55,544 nucleotides of DNA from a virus (lineage: Duplodnaviria > Caudoviricetes): positions 1 through 55,544 of the IMG/VR virus record IMGVR_UViG_3300012667_000989; one strand, written 5' to 3'. How positions within the stretch are numbered: the stretch's first letter is position 1; every line of letters starts with the position of its first letter. Positions 39,847 to 49,380 of the stretch are shown piece by piece. The position numbers and the translations under genes are program-made. The notes beneath the pieces are model-generated. The model was not told the DNA's origin. It did no database searches and saw only the letters and a program-made list of their open reading frames with translations.

Positions 39847-39874
39847 ATTATTAATGTATTTTCTTTAGTGTCAA
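39847..39874 (-). promoter_or_regulatory. Sigma70-like promoter
   Basis: TTGACA-N16-AATAAT. Confidence 0.5.
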
Positions 39875-39981
39875 ATTATTTAGCTAAATAGACTTAGATT
39901 TATTTAGAGTGATTCAAATTGATACAATATAAGTCTCAAGCCTTTATTTATAAGGCTCAAGAAGTTGTCAAACTGTTTCTT

Positions 39982-40185
39982 TTACTTTGTGTTAAAATGA
40001 AACACTTTGCGCTTTCTTCCGCTGTTTTTTCTAGCTTCGTAAACTATGTCTAAATATTTTATTCTATTATCTAGGGTTTTCCAGCACACGCCGAAATATT
40101 GCGCTGCTTTACCTTTTCCAAGTTTCTTTAAAACAAGTTGAATTTCTTCTTTTTCTTGCAGTTCTGCGGTTGTGTAAATTTTCAT
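39982..40185 (-). CDS. Fis-like HTH protein
   Basis: EEIQLVLKKLGKGKAAQYFGVCWKTLDNRIK. Confidence 0.7.
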   Translation of the reverse strand: MKIYTTAELQEKEEIQLVLKKLGKGKAAQYFGVCWKTLDNRIKYLDIVYEARKNSGRKRKVFHFNTK

Positions 40186-40267
40186 ATTAAAATTATTCAA
40201 ATTGATTGTTAATAAAAAGTTCTTTGTAATCTTTAGCCATTTTTGTTTTCCCATTTTGAAAATTTAA

Positions 40268-40642
40268 CTAGCAAGAATAATTAAAAGTGAAAAACTTTTT
40301 GTCTCTAAGTTCAATACTGATTGAACCTTCAAAACTGTCTCCACTATCCCCAACGCTATATTGACAAACATAAATTTTATTCCAAAACTCTCTATAAAAT
40401 TTTTTATTTGCTGGCTTGTCAGTAATTCTAAAATCCCAAACCCCATTGCATATTGAAGAGGTATAAATAAAATCTTCCCAGCCATCTTCTAAATAAAGTA
40501 AAATTCCCCTAAACTTCTTTGCAGAAGTTAATTTTTTTAATTTCTTTAAAAATTGCCTTTTAGAATCAGCTTCCTCTTTTTCTTGAATAGCTAACTCTCT
40601 ATACATTTCTTCAATAAAATCTTGCTCACTTTTTTTAGTCAT
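40268..40642 (-). CDS. hypothetical protein
   Basis: 124 aa; YVCQYS....DSFEG.I motif. Confidence 0.6.
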   Translation of the reverse strand: MTKKSEQDFIEEMYRELAIQEKEEADSKRQFLKKLKKLTSAKKFRGILLYLEDGWEDFIYTSSICNGVWDFRITDKPANKKFYREFWNKIYVCQYSVGDSGDSFEGSISIELRDKKFFTFNYSC

Positions 40643-40645
40643 AAT

Positions 40646-41524
40646 TTAAGCTAATTTAGGTTTAATATAATAATTAAAAGCGTCTAAGCAATTTTCATTT
40701 AAAAGTCTTTGCCAAGCTCCAAAGCGAGGCGACCATTTGAAGCCTTTACTTTTCAATAAGTTGATCATTTCTTGCGCTGGTTTTCCATCAAAAATTAATT
40801 GCAATCTCATTTCTTCTTTATTTTGAATTATTTTCACGCCGTTAATTTCTTCTTCTTTTTCTTCCACTTTCTCCATTTTTTCAAGTGCAATGATTCTTTG
40901 CTCGATTGTTTTAATATTCTGCAAGTTATTTGTTAAATGAAAGCTAAAGCCAACACGCCCGCAAAAATCAGGCTTTAAAAGTTCGTCAATTATTATTTCT
41001 GCTTTATCGCCAGTAAAAATTTTAAGTAATTCCGCTCTTTTTTCTTCTTCAGTGATTTTTTTTCTTACAATTTTATTACTCGCCTTCATTTTTTCTTGAT
41101 TGTCTTTTAGTGTCGCAAGCTTTTGTTTTAGCTTGTCTAAAGCGTTTTCATCATCTGATCTAATAGCGTTTGAGGCGTATTTTTCTGGATGTTTTTCTTT
41201 GTCGATTGCTTTTCTTATGCGCTCAATATAAGCCAATAGCTCATCGCTAACTTTTCGTTCTCTATCGTTCGCTCTTCTGTTTCTTTCAACATTAAAATTT
41301 GCGGAACCTGTAACCATTGAAGAAGCGCAACGGCTTTTTGCGGCTAAAGACAGTAAAAACAGGCGTTCAAATTTAGCTTTTCCAGCTTCATCAACTCCCG
41401 CCGCCTCAAATTCTACTAGTATTTCATCGAAAAATTGGCATTCGCTTTCTGCTCTTTTTTCTGGTGAGAAACTAGACCAATAGTAAGCTCTTCTTGCTGT
41501 TTCATAGTGTTTGTGATTTTTCAT
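40646..41524 (-). CDS. DUF3560-like early protein
   Basis: S.SPEKR, S.MVTG.ANF, I.SDD.NA..KL, RLQLIFDGKP......LK..GFKWSPR.GAWQR. Confidence 0.72.
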   Translation of the reverse strand: MKNHKHYETARRAYYWSSFSPEKRAESECQFFDEILVEFEAAGVDEAGKAKFERLFLLSLAAKSRCASSMVTGSANFNVERNRRANDRERKVSDELLAYIERIRKAIDKEKHPEKYASNAIRSDDENALDKLKQKLATLKDNQEKMKASNKIVRKKITEEEKRAELLKIFTGDKAEIIIDELLKPDFCGRVGFSFHLTNNLQNIKTIEQRIIALEKMEKVEEKEEEINGVKIIQNKEEMRLQLIFDGKPAQEMINLLKSKGFKWSPRFGAWQRLLNENCLDAFNYYIKPKLA

Positions 41525-41537
41525 AAGTGTTTTATTA

Positions 41538-42876
41538 TTAATTGTTGATAATTTCTTTTTCTTGCCCAAACTTTCCGCTTGCTGCATGCAATTGCATAAT
41601 CTTTTCTTGCTTCAATTCTTTTTGAAATTGATTGTTGATAATTTTAATTTTTCTTTTTTCTTCGTTTTTGGTTCCAAACCAAAAACAGTCCCAGACTAAA
41701 TAAATCTTATTTTCTTCATCAAAGCCGAAAATTTCCGCACAAGCTAAAATATCATCATTGTAACCTGTCATAAATTGAATTTTGTCACCAGCTTTCAAGT
41801 TTTCGTTTGAGAGTTTTAGATTGTGCTTTTCCGCAAATTCCGCACATTTAGCTTTTAAAGCTTCATAATTATCTTTTTTTGTTAAATCCCACATTTTTTT
41901 TCCCCTGTTTTTTAATTGTTATTTAGATTTTTTTGAAAAGACTTTGAAGCTAAAAGTTGTTTGATCGCAATAATAATCAGATTTACCTTTTTCAATACAA
42001 TCAATTTCTCTTTGTATATCTGATTGCGTGCCTTCACTATAGCATTGATCTAAATCACAATTTGCAATTCTTATTAGTTCGTTTCGAGCTTCAATAAAAG
42101 CTTCTTTTTTATCACTGCCGCTAAAAATTTCATGTGAAAATTTTTCTGATTGACCAGCTTTTTGTTTAAAAATTTTAATTGTAAATTCTTTTTCCATTTT
42201 TTCCTTGTTTTTAATTTTTAATAATTAACCAATAATTTCTATCTTTTTGATTTTTATAATAGTTCCATTTTTGCCCACATTATTACCAAATTCATCAACA
42301 AATTGAACATTGCGCACAAAATCCCCAACCTTAATTTCTGGCAATTCAATTGCTGTAATAGTGCCCTCTTTTAGATTTTTTAATGATACTGTGTATTTAA
42401 CGATTTGATTTTGATAGTTTGTCATAATTTTTAAATTTAATTGTTATTTAGTTAGAGATTTTCTTTATAAATTTTAACTTCTTCTAATTTCATTTTGTTG
42501 CATAAATCCTTAATTTTATTAAATTCTAATAGCTCGCCATTTTTCTTATATGCTTCAACTGCAATCTTTTTAGTGTTGCAATATAGAATTTGACAAATTC
42601 CCGTTGCTCTTGCGTGTAATTCTAGCCACCATTTACCAGCAATTTTCTCAACTGCCAAAATATAATCTTGATTTTCTTTTAAAATTTCTTTCATAAGTTT
42701 TTAGTTAATTGTTATTATTTTTGAATTTTCCAAACAATTTTAGAGCCGTGAAAAATCACTAGATCGTTATTTTTAAAACTGTAATTGTTTTTATTTTCTT
42801 CTAAAGCTTGTCTATTTTCAAAACTAAACCAGCTTTTGTTGTCAACATTAGTTATTTTTGATTTTACTAAAACCAT
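41538..42876 (-). CDS. Early small hypothetical genes (41538-41894, 41919-42197, 42225-42425, 42452-42694, 42715-42876)
   Basis: Co-oriented, similar AT-rich leaders; the last (53 aa) found manually. Confidence 0.6.
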
Positions 42877-42930
42877 TTTAATTACTTTTTAAGTTATCAT
42901 TCCCAAAACTCATTTCGTTTTGTTGAGATC

Positions 42931-42959
42931 ATTATGCGCCATTACTTTTATTAATGCAA
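42931..42959 (-). promoter_or_regulatory. Leftward early promoter
   Basis: TTGCAT-N17-CATAAT. Confidence 0.65.
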
Positions 42960-43327
42960 CTATTTATTTAATCTTTTTTATAATTATTTAATTAAGTTAT
43001 AAATAGTGTGTCAAAATGAAACAAAAGAGGAGTGGAGGCAATGGAATCAAGGGTTTGAATTGTGTCAATAAAAAAGTGATTAAATATTAATAAAAGTTTA
43101 AATTAGATTAAATTTGTGTCAAATTGAGATGAAAAGAAGGGAAATTGATTTTAAGGGGTTTACAGCGTAGTAAAAAAAATATAGAGAATCACAAGCAAAG
43201 AAAAAAATAGAGGGCTTAAAACGCAAGAAAAGTTGTCAATAAAAATCAACATTGAAAAAGAAAGTGTATCAAATTGAAACTAGATGAAAGATTGAATAAA
43301 TAATTTAATAAATAGTTAATAAATTGT

Positions 43328-43355
43328 TTGACATAGTAAAATTTGAGGCTATATT
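43328..43355 (+). promoter_or_regulatory. Rightward promoter
   Basis: TTGACA-N16-TATATT, preceded by TTAA-N7-TTAA at 43305-43319. Confidence 0.65.
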
Positions 43356-43402
43356 TAACTTATCACTTTTGGAAGTGAGATAACAATTAAAATTAAAGAA
43401 TT

Positions 43403-43708
43403 ATGAAAATCGAAACATCATCTTACGGCAAGATTGCCACAACTTCAATTGAAGTGAAAACTGGTTTTGAAGTGGAAGCTTTAACAATGAAAAGATACAG
43501 CGGTAATCTAGTCACAACTTTCACACTTTTTAAAAAGATAAGTGAGAATTGCAAACAAACTTGTGTTAATTTTAAAAATTCATCAGTTGATCATGGAAAG
43601 CAAAGAATAACAGAAAAGAATTTAACAAAATTTCACAATGAAGCACTTGAAAGATTAGGTGATTTTAAAGAGCATTTTGAGAAAGAAATTATTAACTTTA
43701 ATCAGTAA
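43403..43708 (+). CDS. hypothetical protein
   Basis: 101 aa downstream of the promoter. Confidence 0.65.
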   Translation: MKIETSSYGKIATTSIEVKTGFEVEALTMKRYSGNLVTTFTLFKKISENCKQTCVNFKNSSVDHGKQRITEKNLTKFHNEALERLGDFKEHFEKEIINFNQ

Positions 43709-43712
43709 AATT

Positions 43713-43856
43713 ATGAAAAAATATTTTAAACTAGAAAATTCAAAATGGATTTTACTTAATTCAACTGAACTTTTCAAGATTCTAATGAGTAAAAAAGTTA
43801 GAACGGTTAAGATTTATAATGATGATCTGGAATTTGAAGGGATAGGAATTTATTAA
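43713..43856 (+). CDS. hypothetical protein (47 aa)
   Basis: ATG 43713 just after the upstream stop. Confidence 0.5.
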   Translation: MKKYFKLENSKWILLNSTELFKILMSKKVRTVKIYNDDLEFEGIGIY

Positions 43857-43877
43857 AAAAGACAAAGCAAAGAATCC

Positions 43878-43916
43878 AAAAGCTCGCTAACTGTAAAAAG
43901 TAGTGGGCTTTTTTTT
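43878..43916 (+). terminator. Rho-independent terminator
   Basis: AAAGCTCGCTA...TAGTGGGCTTT followed by a T run. Confidence 0.8.
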
Positions 43917-44021
43917 GTTGCTTTTTATTTACTTTTAGTTAATAAATAAATCACTGATTGCTTGATTTAAAAGGCAAGAGGAATTGTAAGTTTAATAGTA
44001 ATAATTTGGGAGTGTATCAAA

Positions 44022-44660
44022 ATGGCAATAAGACCAGCGGCGGCATTGAGGGAGAGAGAGGCGAAAGTTGCAGCGGCGGAATTGGGAAATTTTAAGAGTT
44101 TGGCACAGAAAGAAGCGTTGGTGAAGAAACAAAAATCAGGAAATAAAGGAAGGCAGATTAAAGGCGAGATGAAAAGAAAAAAGATCGTGAAGGAATTTTT
44201 AAAAAGTCAAAGCTTAGAAAGTGCAGCTAAAAGCGTGGGAATTTCTATGACACAGGCTTCACGCTATTTGAATAGTGGTGAAAGTGCAAAATCATTGGCT
44301 GAAGCCTTCGAAAAAGCAGGTCTTGGAAAAGAAGAAATTGCACGAATTGCAAAGGATGAATTTCTTAACTATAACAAAGAAAAAGTTGTAAGATCTTACG
44401 GCGAAGGAATGAACGCAAGAGAAGTTGAAGAGATGCGAGACGGTCGATTAGCTTTTAACTCATTACAATTTGCAGCTAAGTATATTGAAGCTGACGCTAA
44501 CACAATAGCAACGGCGGGAGCTGGTGAAGTATCAAGCGAAATTGCAATGCTAGCAATCAAGAATCTGATTCAAAAGCTGGATGAAAAACAATTGCGAGTT
44601 GTGAAAGAATCAATCGAAGTTTTACTTGAGAAGAATTTAAAAGTAGTGGCTGGAGCTTAG
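44022..44660 (+). CDS. terS: Probable terminase small subunit
   Basis: HTH (SLESAAKSVGISMTQASRYL), helical middle, RDGRLAFNSLQFAAK; lies upstream of the portal. Confidence 0.6.
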   Translation: MAIRPAAALREREAKVAAAELGNFKSLAQKEALVKKQKSGNKGRQIKGEMKRKKIVKEFLKSQSLESAAKSVGISMTQASRYLNSGESAKSLAEAFEKAGLGKEEIARIAKDEFLNYNKEKVVRSYGEGMNAREVEEMRDGRLAFNSLQFAAKYIEADANTIATAGAGEVSSEIAMLAIKNLIQKLDEKQLRVVKESIEVLLEKNLKVVAGA

Positions 44661-45151
44661 AGAGAGTAAGGAATGGGCGGTAGTGGTTAGAAATAGATGG
44701 ATGGAGGATTAAGGGGGGTATTGTTGAGAAATAGACGACCCCCACCCCTCCTAGTTTGAATACCCACCCCACACATTCCTAAAATATTTTCACAATCTAA
44801 GAAAATGACTCTAAACATTCCCAACAAAACAATCATAAACCCTCTTTTTAGCCTCACACAACACTTTTCTGCTAATAAATACACAATCTACCATTAAACA
44901 TTTCTAAAACCCTTTCTACCCCCCTCTTTTTCTAAAACTGATTTTTCTTTTTTTTTATTTCCTAAAATCCATTTTAGAGTTTTCTAAAATTTTTCCATTT
45001 AAACCTTTTTTATAATGTAATAAGAAAATGTATTGAATCTGGTTTTTGTCCGAGTTTGTTGAAAGTACGATAATAACACATATAAAATATAGATAGGAAA
45101 TGGATTTTGAAAAAAAGCTGGAATCCTTACTCTCTGTGGTTATTTCAGCCC

Positions 45152-45252
45152 GTGAAACATTTTTGACTTATATATCCCCAATATATAACTATTATACTGT
45201 GGATATATAAGTTGTATACTGTGGATATACAAGTGTGAATGTTTCACATATA
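45152..45252. repeat. Iteron cluster (candidate RepL origin)
   Basis: TATACTGTGGATATAYAAGT x2 (45193-45212, 45215-45234), inverted partial copy 45166-45180, flanking GTGAAACAT/ATGTTTCAC. Confidence 0.7.
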
Positions 45253-45328
45253 TAAGACTTGATTTTAAGTTTTTGGTTTGTATGGTAATTTGTGTTAATT
45301 GTTATTAATTTTTTTAGTATAGGCAATA

Positions 45329-45805
45329 ATGATAAATTTAAAACTGGCAGAATACAAAGATGGGAAGTTTGAGAGATTTTTGGAACTTGGTAAGGATTTC
45401 GGGTATTTTGAAGATTTTATTTCTGTTGCCAGTGATTGTTCTTTGGCAGAAAATTTGCTAATAGAAACAGACGAATGGGCACTTGCCAGTAGAACTGTAA
45501 TAAGGTTCCGTAAAGACGAAAAAGACCCCCTAAGTCGTTTTGATGGTTTGTTTGATGACAGGACTTATGGAGAGGGTAGGTTTGTTTTGATAGAGGGATT
45601 TAAATTTAAAGAAAAAATAATCTGGGAAGATGATGTTTTAGGTTTTTATAATGAATTAATCAAATTTAAAAAAGATTTTGTTATGTCAAATTGCGGACAT
45701 GGAGAGCAATCTAGCATGAACCGAATAGGATTCTACTTTTGTAATACCGATACTTCTTTTAAAGGAAACCTTCATAAAAACCCAGAACTTTTTTTAGGAA
45801 TATAA
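45329..45805 (+). CDS. Divergent YopX-like protein
   Basis: IWEDDVL ... GNLHKNPEL C-terminus. Confidence 0.55.
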   Translation: MINLKLAEYKDGKFERFLELGKDFGYFEDFISVASDCSLAENLLIETDEWALASRTVIRFRKDEKDPLSRFDGLFDDRTYGEGRFVLIEGFKFKEKIIWEDDVLGFYNELIKFKKDFVMSNCGHGEQSSMNRIGFYFCNTDTSFKGNLHKNPELFLGI

Positions 45806-46263
45806 TGGCTCGTAAAATCAAAAACCAAACAATTACCAATTTTATTGATGAATTTGGAGAAGTTCACCAAAAAGAGAGTTTCCAGAGTTATTCAATTGCT
45901 GGTGAAGATGATTATATTAAAATCTACATTAAACACATAAACTACTTATCAAATCTGCCTTCTGGTTTGGAAGGGTTGATTTATGAGTTAATTAAGTGTA
46001 TGAGTTATGGAAATAAAATTATAATTAACTCTTACATCAAAAGAGATATTGCCGTTAGACTTGGAAAAACCTTTAATACTGTAAATCAATACATCACAAA
46101 GCTATCTGAAAGCAAAATCCTTATTCGTGAAGGAAGAGGCGTTTATTATCTTAATCCTGCTTTTTATGGAAAAGGAAAATGGAAGGATATTTTAGAGCTA
46201 AGAGAGAAATTAGAAGTAAAAGTAAGTTATGAAGATGGAATTTATAAAATAACCCATAAATAA
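45805..46263 (+). CDS. repL: RepL-family replication/maintenance HTH protein
   Basis: YIKIY, IA..LG.T..TV...I..L....IL....RGVYYLNP.F..KG. Confidence 0.75.
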   Translation: MARKIKNQTITNFIDEFGEVHQKESFQSYSIAGEDDYIKIYIKHINYLSNLPSGLEGLIYELIKCMSYGNKIIINSYIKRDIAVRLGKTFNTVNQYITKLSESKILIREGRGVYYLNPAFYGKGKWKDILELREKLEVKVSYEDGIYKITHK

Positions 46264-46327
46264 CTTCTTGCTAATTAAATGCCTGTGATTAGTTTTTAAT
46301 GGATTATTACTCACCACATAATAAAAC

Positions 46328-47845
46328 ATGGCTTTTGAAAACTTTAAAAGGAAGATAGCTCTAAATTACTTAGAGAAGAAGGGAAGTGCTTATAGTCCTC
46401 TATTGTTTAACTTTCTTACCAATGATTTTTCTTTTGGTACTACCTCTGGCAAATATTTAGAATATTACTGCCAAGTTGCTCCTGTTGGAGACGCAATCAA
46501 TAAAATAGCTAATGAAACCGCTTGTGTTTCTCTTTTTCCTTACGCCAAATCTGAAAAGGAATCAAGAATAGCTCTACCGAATAGCCCTTTTGTCAAAACT
46601 TTCCGCAAACCTAATTTTAAGCAAACTGGGATAGATTTTAAGCAAGAGGGTTTTATACACTACTTAGCCACTGGAAATAATTATATTTATCTTTCTGGTG
46701 TGCTAAGTGCTGATAAGAGAAGTGTTTATCAAAGTCCGCTAGAAGTCTATAATCTACGCCCTGATTACATTACGCCAGTTCAAGATATGTCTGGTTATCC
46801 AGAATATTACCTTTATAATCCGAATGGAAAGCAGAAATGTTTCCGCAAAAGATACATAAATAACATAAATGGGCAATTAATTGAAGCCTATGTCGAAGAT
46901 GAAGGTTTTGGCGTACTATTGCATTGGAAAGAGCCTTCCAATAACCAACTGTTCTCAATGCTTTATGGTGATTCACCTTTACAGAATGTAGAAATTGAGA
47001 TTAACCAATATTTAGAAGCTTCAATACATAATGCGAACCTTTTGAAGAATGGTTTATCTTCTAAGATGTTATTTAGCCCTAAAGATGGATCAAATCCACC
47101 AAATCAAGACCAATTAGACAAAATAAGAGATTATTTGAAAAGTGCTTACTCTGGCTTTAACAATGCAGGCAAGAATCTACTTATTGGAATGCCTTTTGAT
47201 GTTAAGCCTTTGGATATAAACCTCAAAGATATGGATTTTGAGAAGCTGATGCGAAGAATGAGGGTGGCAATTTACAATAAAATGAATATTCCGCTTCCTA
47301 TGGTTGAAGGTGAGTTCACCTCAAATACAAACATGAAAGAGGCTAACCTAAACTTTTACGACAAAGCTGTTCTGCCGCTTCTTGCTAAATACTGCGAATA
47401 CTATTACTGCTTTGTTTATTCTAATTTTTACCGAGATGATGGTGTTTTTGAGATAGGTTTTGAAGAATCTTCAATTCCCGCATTACAACCTCGCTTATTT
47501 GAAACAGTGCAAGTTTTACAAAAAGCTAAAATAGCTACTTCAAACGAACTAAGAGAATTTGTTGGCTTAGGACGCTGCGGAATTGGTGGAGATGCTCTTT
47601 ATGTTGACGGAAATCAAGTTGCTGTTGCTGGTGATGAAAATATGAGTGATACAATTGGTGTTCCTGCTGGAATGGTTAATATGCCTGATGAAGAGGAAGG
47701 AGAGTTGGACGAAGAAGAGGAGGAAACTGAATTTGAAGAAGAAGGTAAAAGCATTTTAAAGAAACTCTTAGTAAAAACTCTTGATATTAAAGGAAATAGG
47801 GTTTATTCTGATGAGGAAGTGGAGAAGTTAGTTGCTGGTGAATAG
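46328..47845 (+). CDS. Portal protein (HK97 family)
   Basis: LATGNNY, LRPD, YGDSPL, G..NAGK, KDMDF, T.NE.R..VGL. Confidence 0.94.
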   Translation: MAFENFKRKIALNYLEKKGSAYSPLLFNFLTNDFSFGTTSGKYLEYYCQVAPVGDAINKIANETACVSLFPYAKSEKESRIALPNSPFVKTFRKPNFKQTGIDFKQEGFIHYLATGNNYIYLSGVLSADKRSVYQSPLEVYNLRPDYITPVQDMSGYPEYYLYNPNGKQKCFRKRYINNINGQLIEAYVEDEGFGVLLHWKEPSNNQLFSMLYGDSPLQNVEIEINQYLEASIHNANLLKNGLSSKMLFSPKDGSNPPNQDQLDKIRDYLKSAYSGFNNAGKNLLIGMPFDVKPLDINLKDMDFEKLMRRMRVAIYNKMNIPLPMVEGEFTSNTNMKEANLNFYDKAVLPLLAKYCEYYYCFVYSNFYRDDGVFEIGFEESSIPALQPRLFETVQVLQKAKIATSNELREFVGLGRCGIGGDALYVDGNQVAVAGDENMSDTIGVPAGMVNMPDEEEGELDEEEEETEFEEEGKSILKKLLVKTLDIKGNRVYSDEEVEKLVAGE

Positions 47846-47880
47846 TGTCATTGCTAATTAACTTCTTTCTTTAAGAATAA

Positions 47881-48019
47881 ATTCGAGTGGTGGAATGGTA
47901 AACACAATCAGAGCGGCTAGAAATAGCAATGCGAGCGTATCCTGAATTGACAGGAAGTTCTTGTATGTGAGATAGGGGTGTTTAATATCTCCTTTGTGGG
48001 TTCGAGTCCTACCTCAGAA
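47881..48019 (+). ncRNA. tRNA-like RNA C with about 90-nt multi-hairpin insert
   Basis: TG-GTG GAATGGTAAA CAC D arm; GTGGG TTCGAGT CCTAC T arm; bulged TTCGAG/CTCAGAA acceptor; TTGCTA..AAGAAT promoter-like site at 47851-47878. Confidence 0.72.
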
Positions 48020-48043
48020 AACACATACCTTAATTTATCACTT

Positions 48044-48322
48044 ATGGCAGAAATTATTAATTTAGCGGAATATCGCAAAAAGAAAGAGCGAGAAAAATAT
48101 ATTACAAACTGCCAGACAAGAATTGCGGTTTCAGATATTAGTTTTTCTAGTTTAAACGAAATCGAACAAAGACTAATTGACCACTTTATAAAGGAGGGAG
48201 AGTCTAAGATGTTGATTCTTGATGATCCAATAAGTTGTGGCTATGTACCAGATGAGAATTTCTTAAAAGAATATTCAAAAAATTTTAAATACAGAATAGA
48301 CTTTGGTAATGAATCTTCGTGA
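48044..48322 (+). CDS. hypothetical protein
   Basis: MAEIINLAEYRKKK start at ATG 48044 (the upstream GTG lies inside the RNA). Confidence 0.6.
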   Translation: MAEIINLAEYRKKKEREKYITNCQTRIAVSDISFSSLNEIEQRLIDHFIKEGESKMLILDDPISCGYVPDENFLKEYSKNFKYRIDFGNESS

Positions 48323-49223
48323 AATTGACATTGAAAAAAGAAAAATAGAAAGCCGATACATAAAACCTATCCGCTCTATTTTTTGTCAAATGAACCAAGA
48401 TGCTATTAATCTTTACAAAGCAACTAAATCTGTAAACGCTGAATCGGTTGCTAGAAACTGCACCCCAGACTTTTTAAAAGTTTGCAAAGACTGCCTAAGA
48501 GAAACAATTCAGACTTTTGGCTATTTGGAACGCAAGCCAAGTAAAAAAGCCATAGATGTTGAAATAGACCAAGATCAACTAGAAAACATCAATAAAGAGT
48601 TTGAAAGACTTGCTATTCTCTTTATAGCAACTGAAAGCGAGAGACAAGCTCTTTATATTCAAAACACCAACGCAAAAGAATTATCAGAAGCCCAAATCAA
48701 TGCTTTAACTAAGCACATCAGAAAAGAAGCTAGATTGCAGACGGCTATCCAAGAATTAGAGCAAAGAATAATGCAAATTCGCTTTCAAGGATTTATTCAA
48801 GGAAAAGAAACTGATTTAAGCAAATTAGATGCAAGATTGGCTAAATACAAAAAAGAACTAACTGCCTTACAAAAAACCAAAGATAATGCAGTTGCGGAAG
48901 AGATAAACATTGCTTTAGACAAGAAAGAAGAGTCAAGAGCAGAGCTAATTGCTGAAACTTTGGTCGGAAGTGCTGAAAGCTGGTCAAGACAAGAAGAGGT
49001 AACTTTGATTGCCTTAAATCTTGGAGTACAGATAAAAAAAGCTTGGCGTGGAATTTTAGATGGAAGTATTAGACCAACTCATTTAGCTGCAAACGGGCAA
49101 ACAGTTCCTTTAAATCAGAACTTTGTTGTTGGTGGTTATTTAGCACAAAGACCAAGAGATTCTAAACTTCCTGCTTCTGAAAGTTTAAAATGCCGTTGTT
49201 ATGTTGAATATTCTAGGGTTTAA
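48309..49223 (+). CDS. Head morphogenesis protein (SPP1 gp7 / Mu gpF-like)
   Basis: RAELIAET, KKAW....D..IRPTH..ANGQ, PRD..LP.SE..KCRC. Confidence 0.88.
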   Translation: MNLREIDIEKRKIESRYIKPIRSIFCQMNQDAINLYKATKSVNAESVARNCTPDFLKVCKDCLRETIQTFGYLERKPSKKAIDVEIDQDQLENINKEFERLAILFIATESERQALYIQNTNAKELSEAQINALTKHIRKEARLQTAIQELEQRIMQIRFQGFIQGKETDLSKLDARLAKYKKELTALQKTKDNAVAEEINIALDKKEESRAELIAETLVGSAESWSRQEEVTLIALNLGVQIKKAWRGILDGSIRPTHLAANGQTVPLNQNFVVGGYLAQRPRDSKLPASESLKCRCYVEYSRV

Positions 49224-49231
49224 TAATAAAC

Positions 49232-49368
49232 CAGACATTGAGGAGATTAGAGTTAAAAATCGAAAAGCACCGTTTAATTCCTCGAAAACTCTAAGCATCT
49301 CCCCCCTCTTTCGACCCGCTGTCTGTTGTCGGCTCTTCTTATGATCGAGGCAGTGCGTTCTTTTAACT
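49232..49368. ncRNA. Structured intergenic element between convergent genes
   Basis: Two competing sets of long stems. Confidence 0.4.
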
Positions 49369-49380
49369 TTCGTTATTCTT

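Noticed and set aside
23733-48019. Calling the tRNA-like elements functional tRNAs, intron-containing tRNAs or tmRNA
   Set aside because: No 5-bp stem with a 7-nt anticodon loop; inserts too short for group I introns and lacking recognisable P7 motifs; too short for tmRNA and no tag ORF seen
48200-48240. LILDDP Walker-B-like word in ORF 48044-48322
   Set aside because: No Walker A or other ATPase context in a 92-aa protein; probably coincidental
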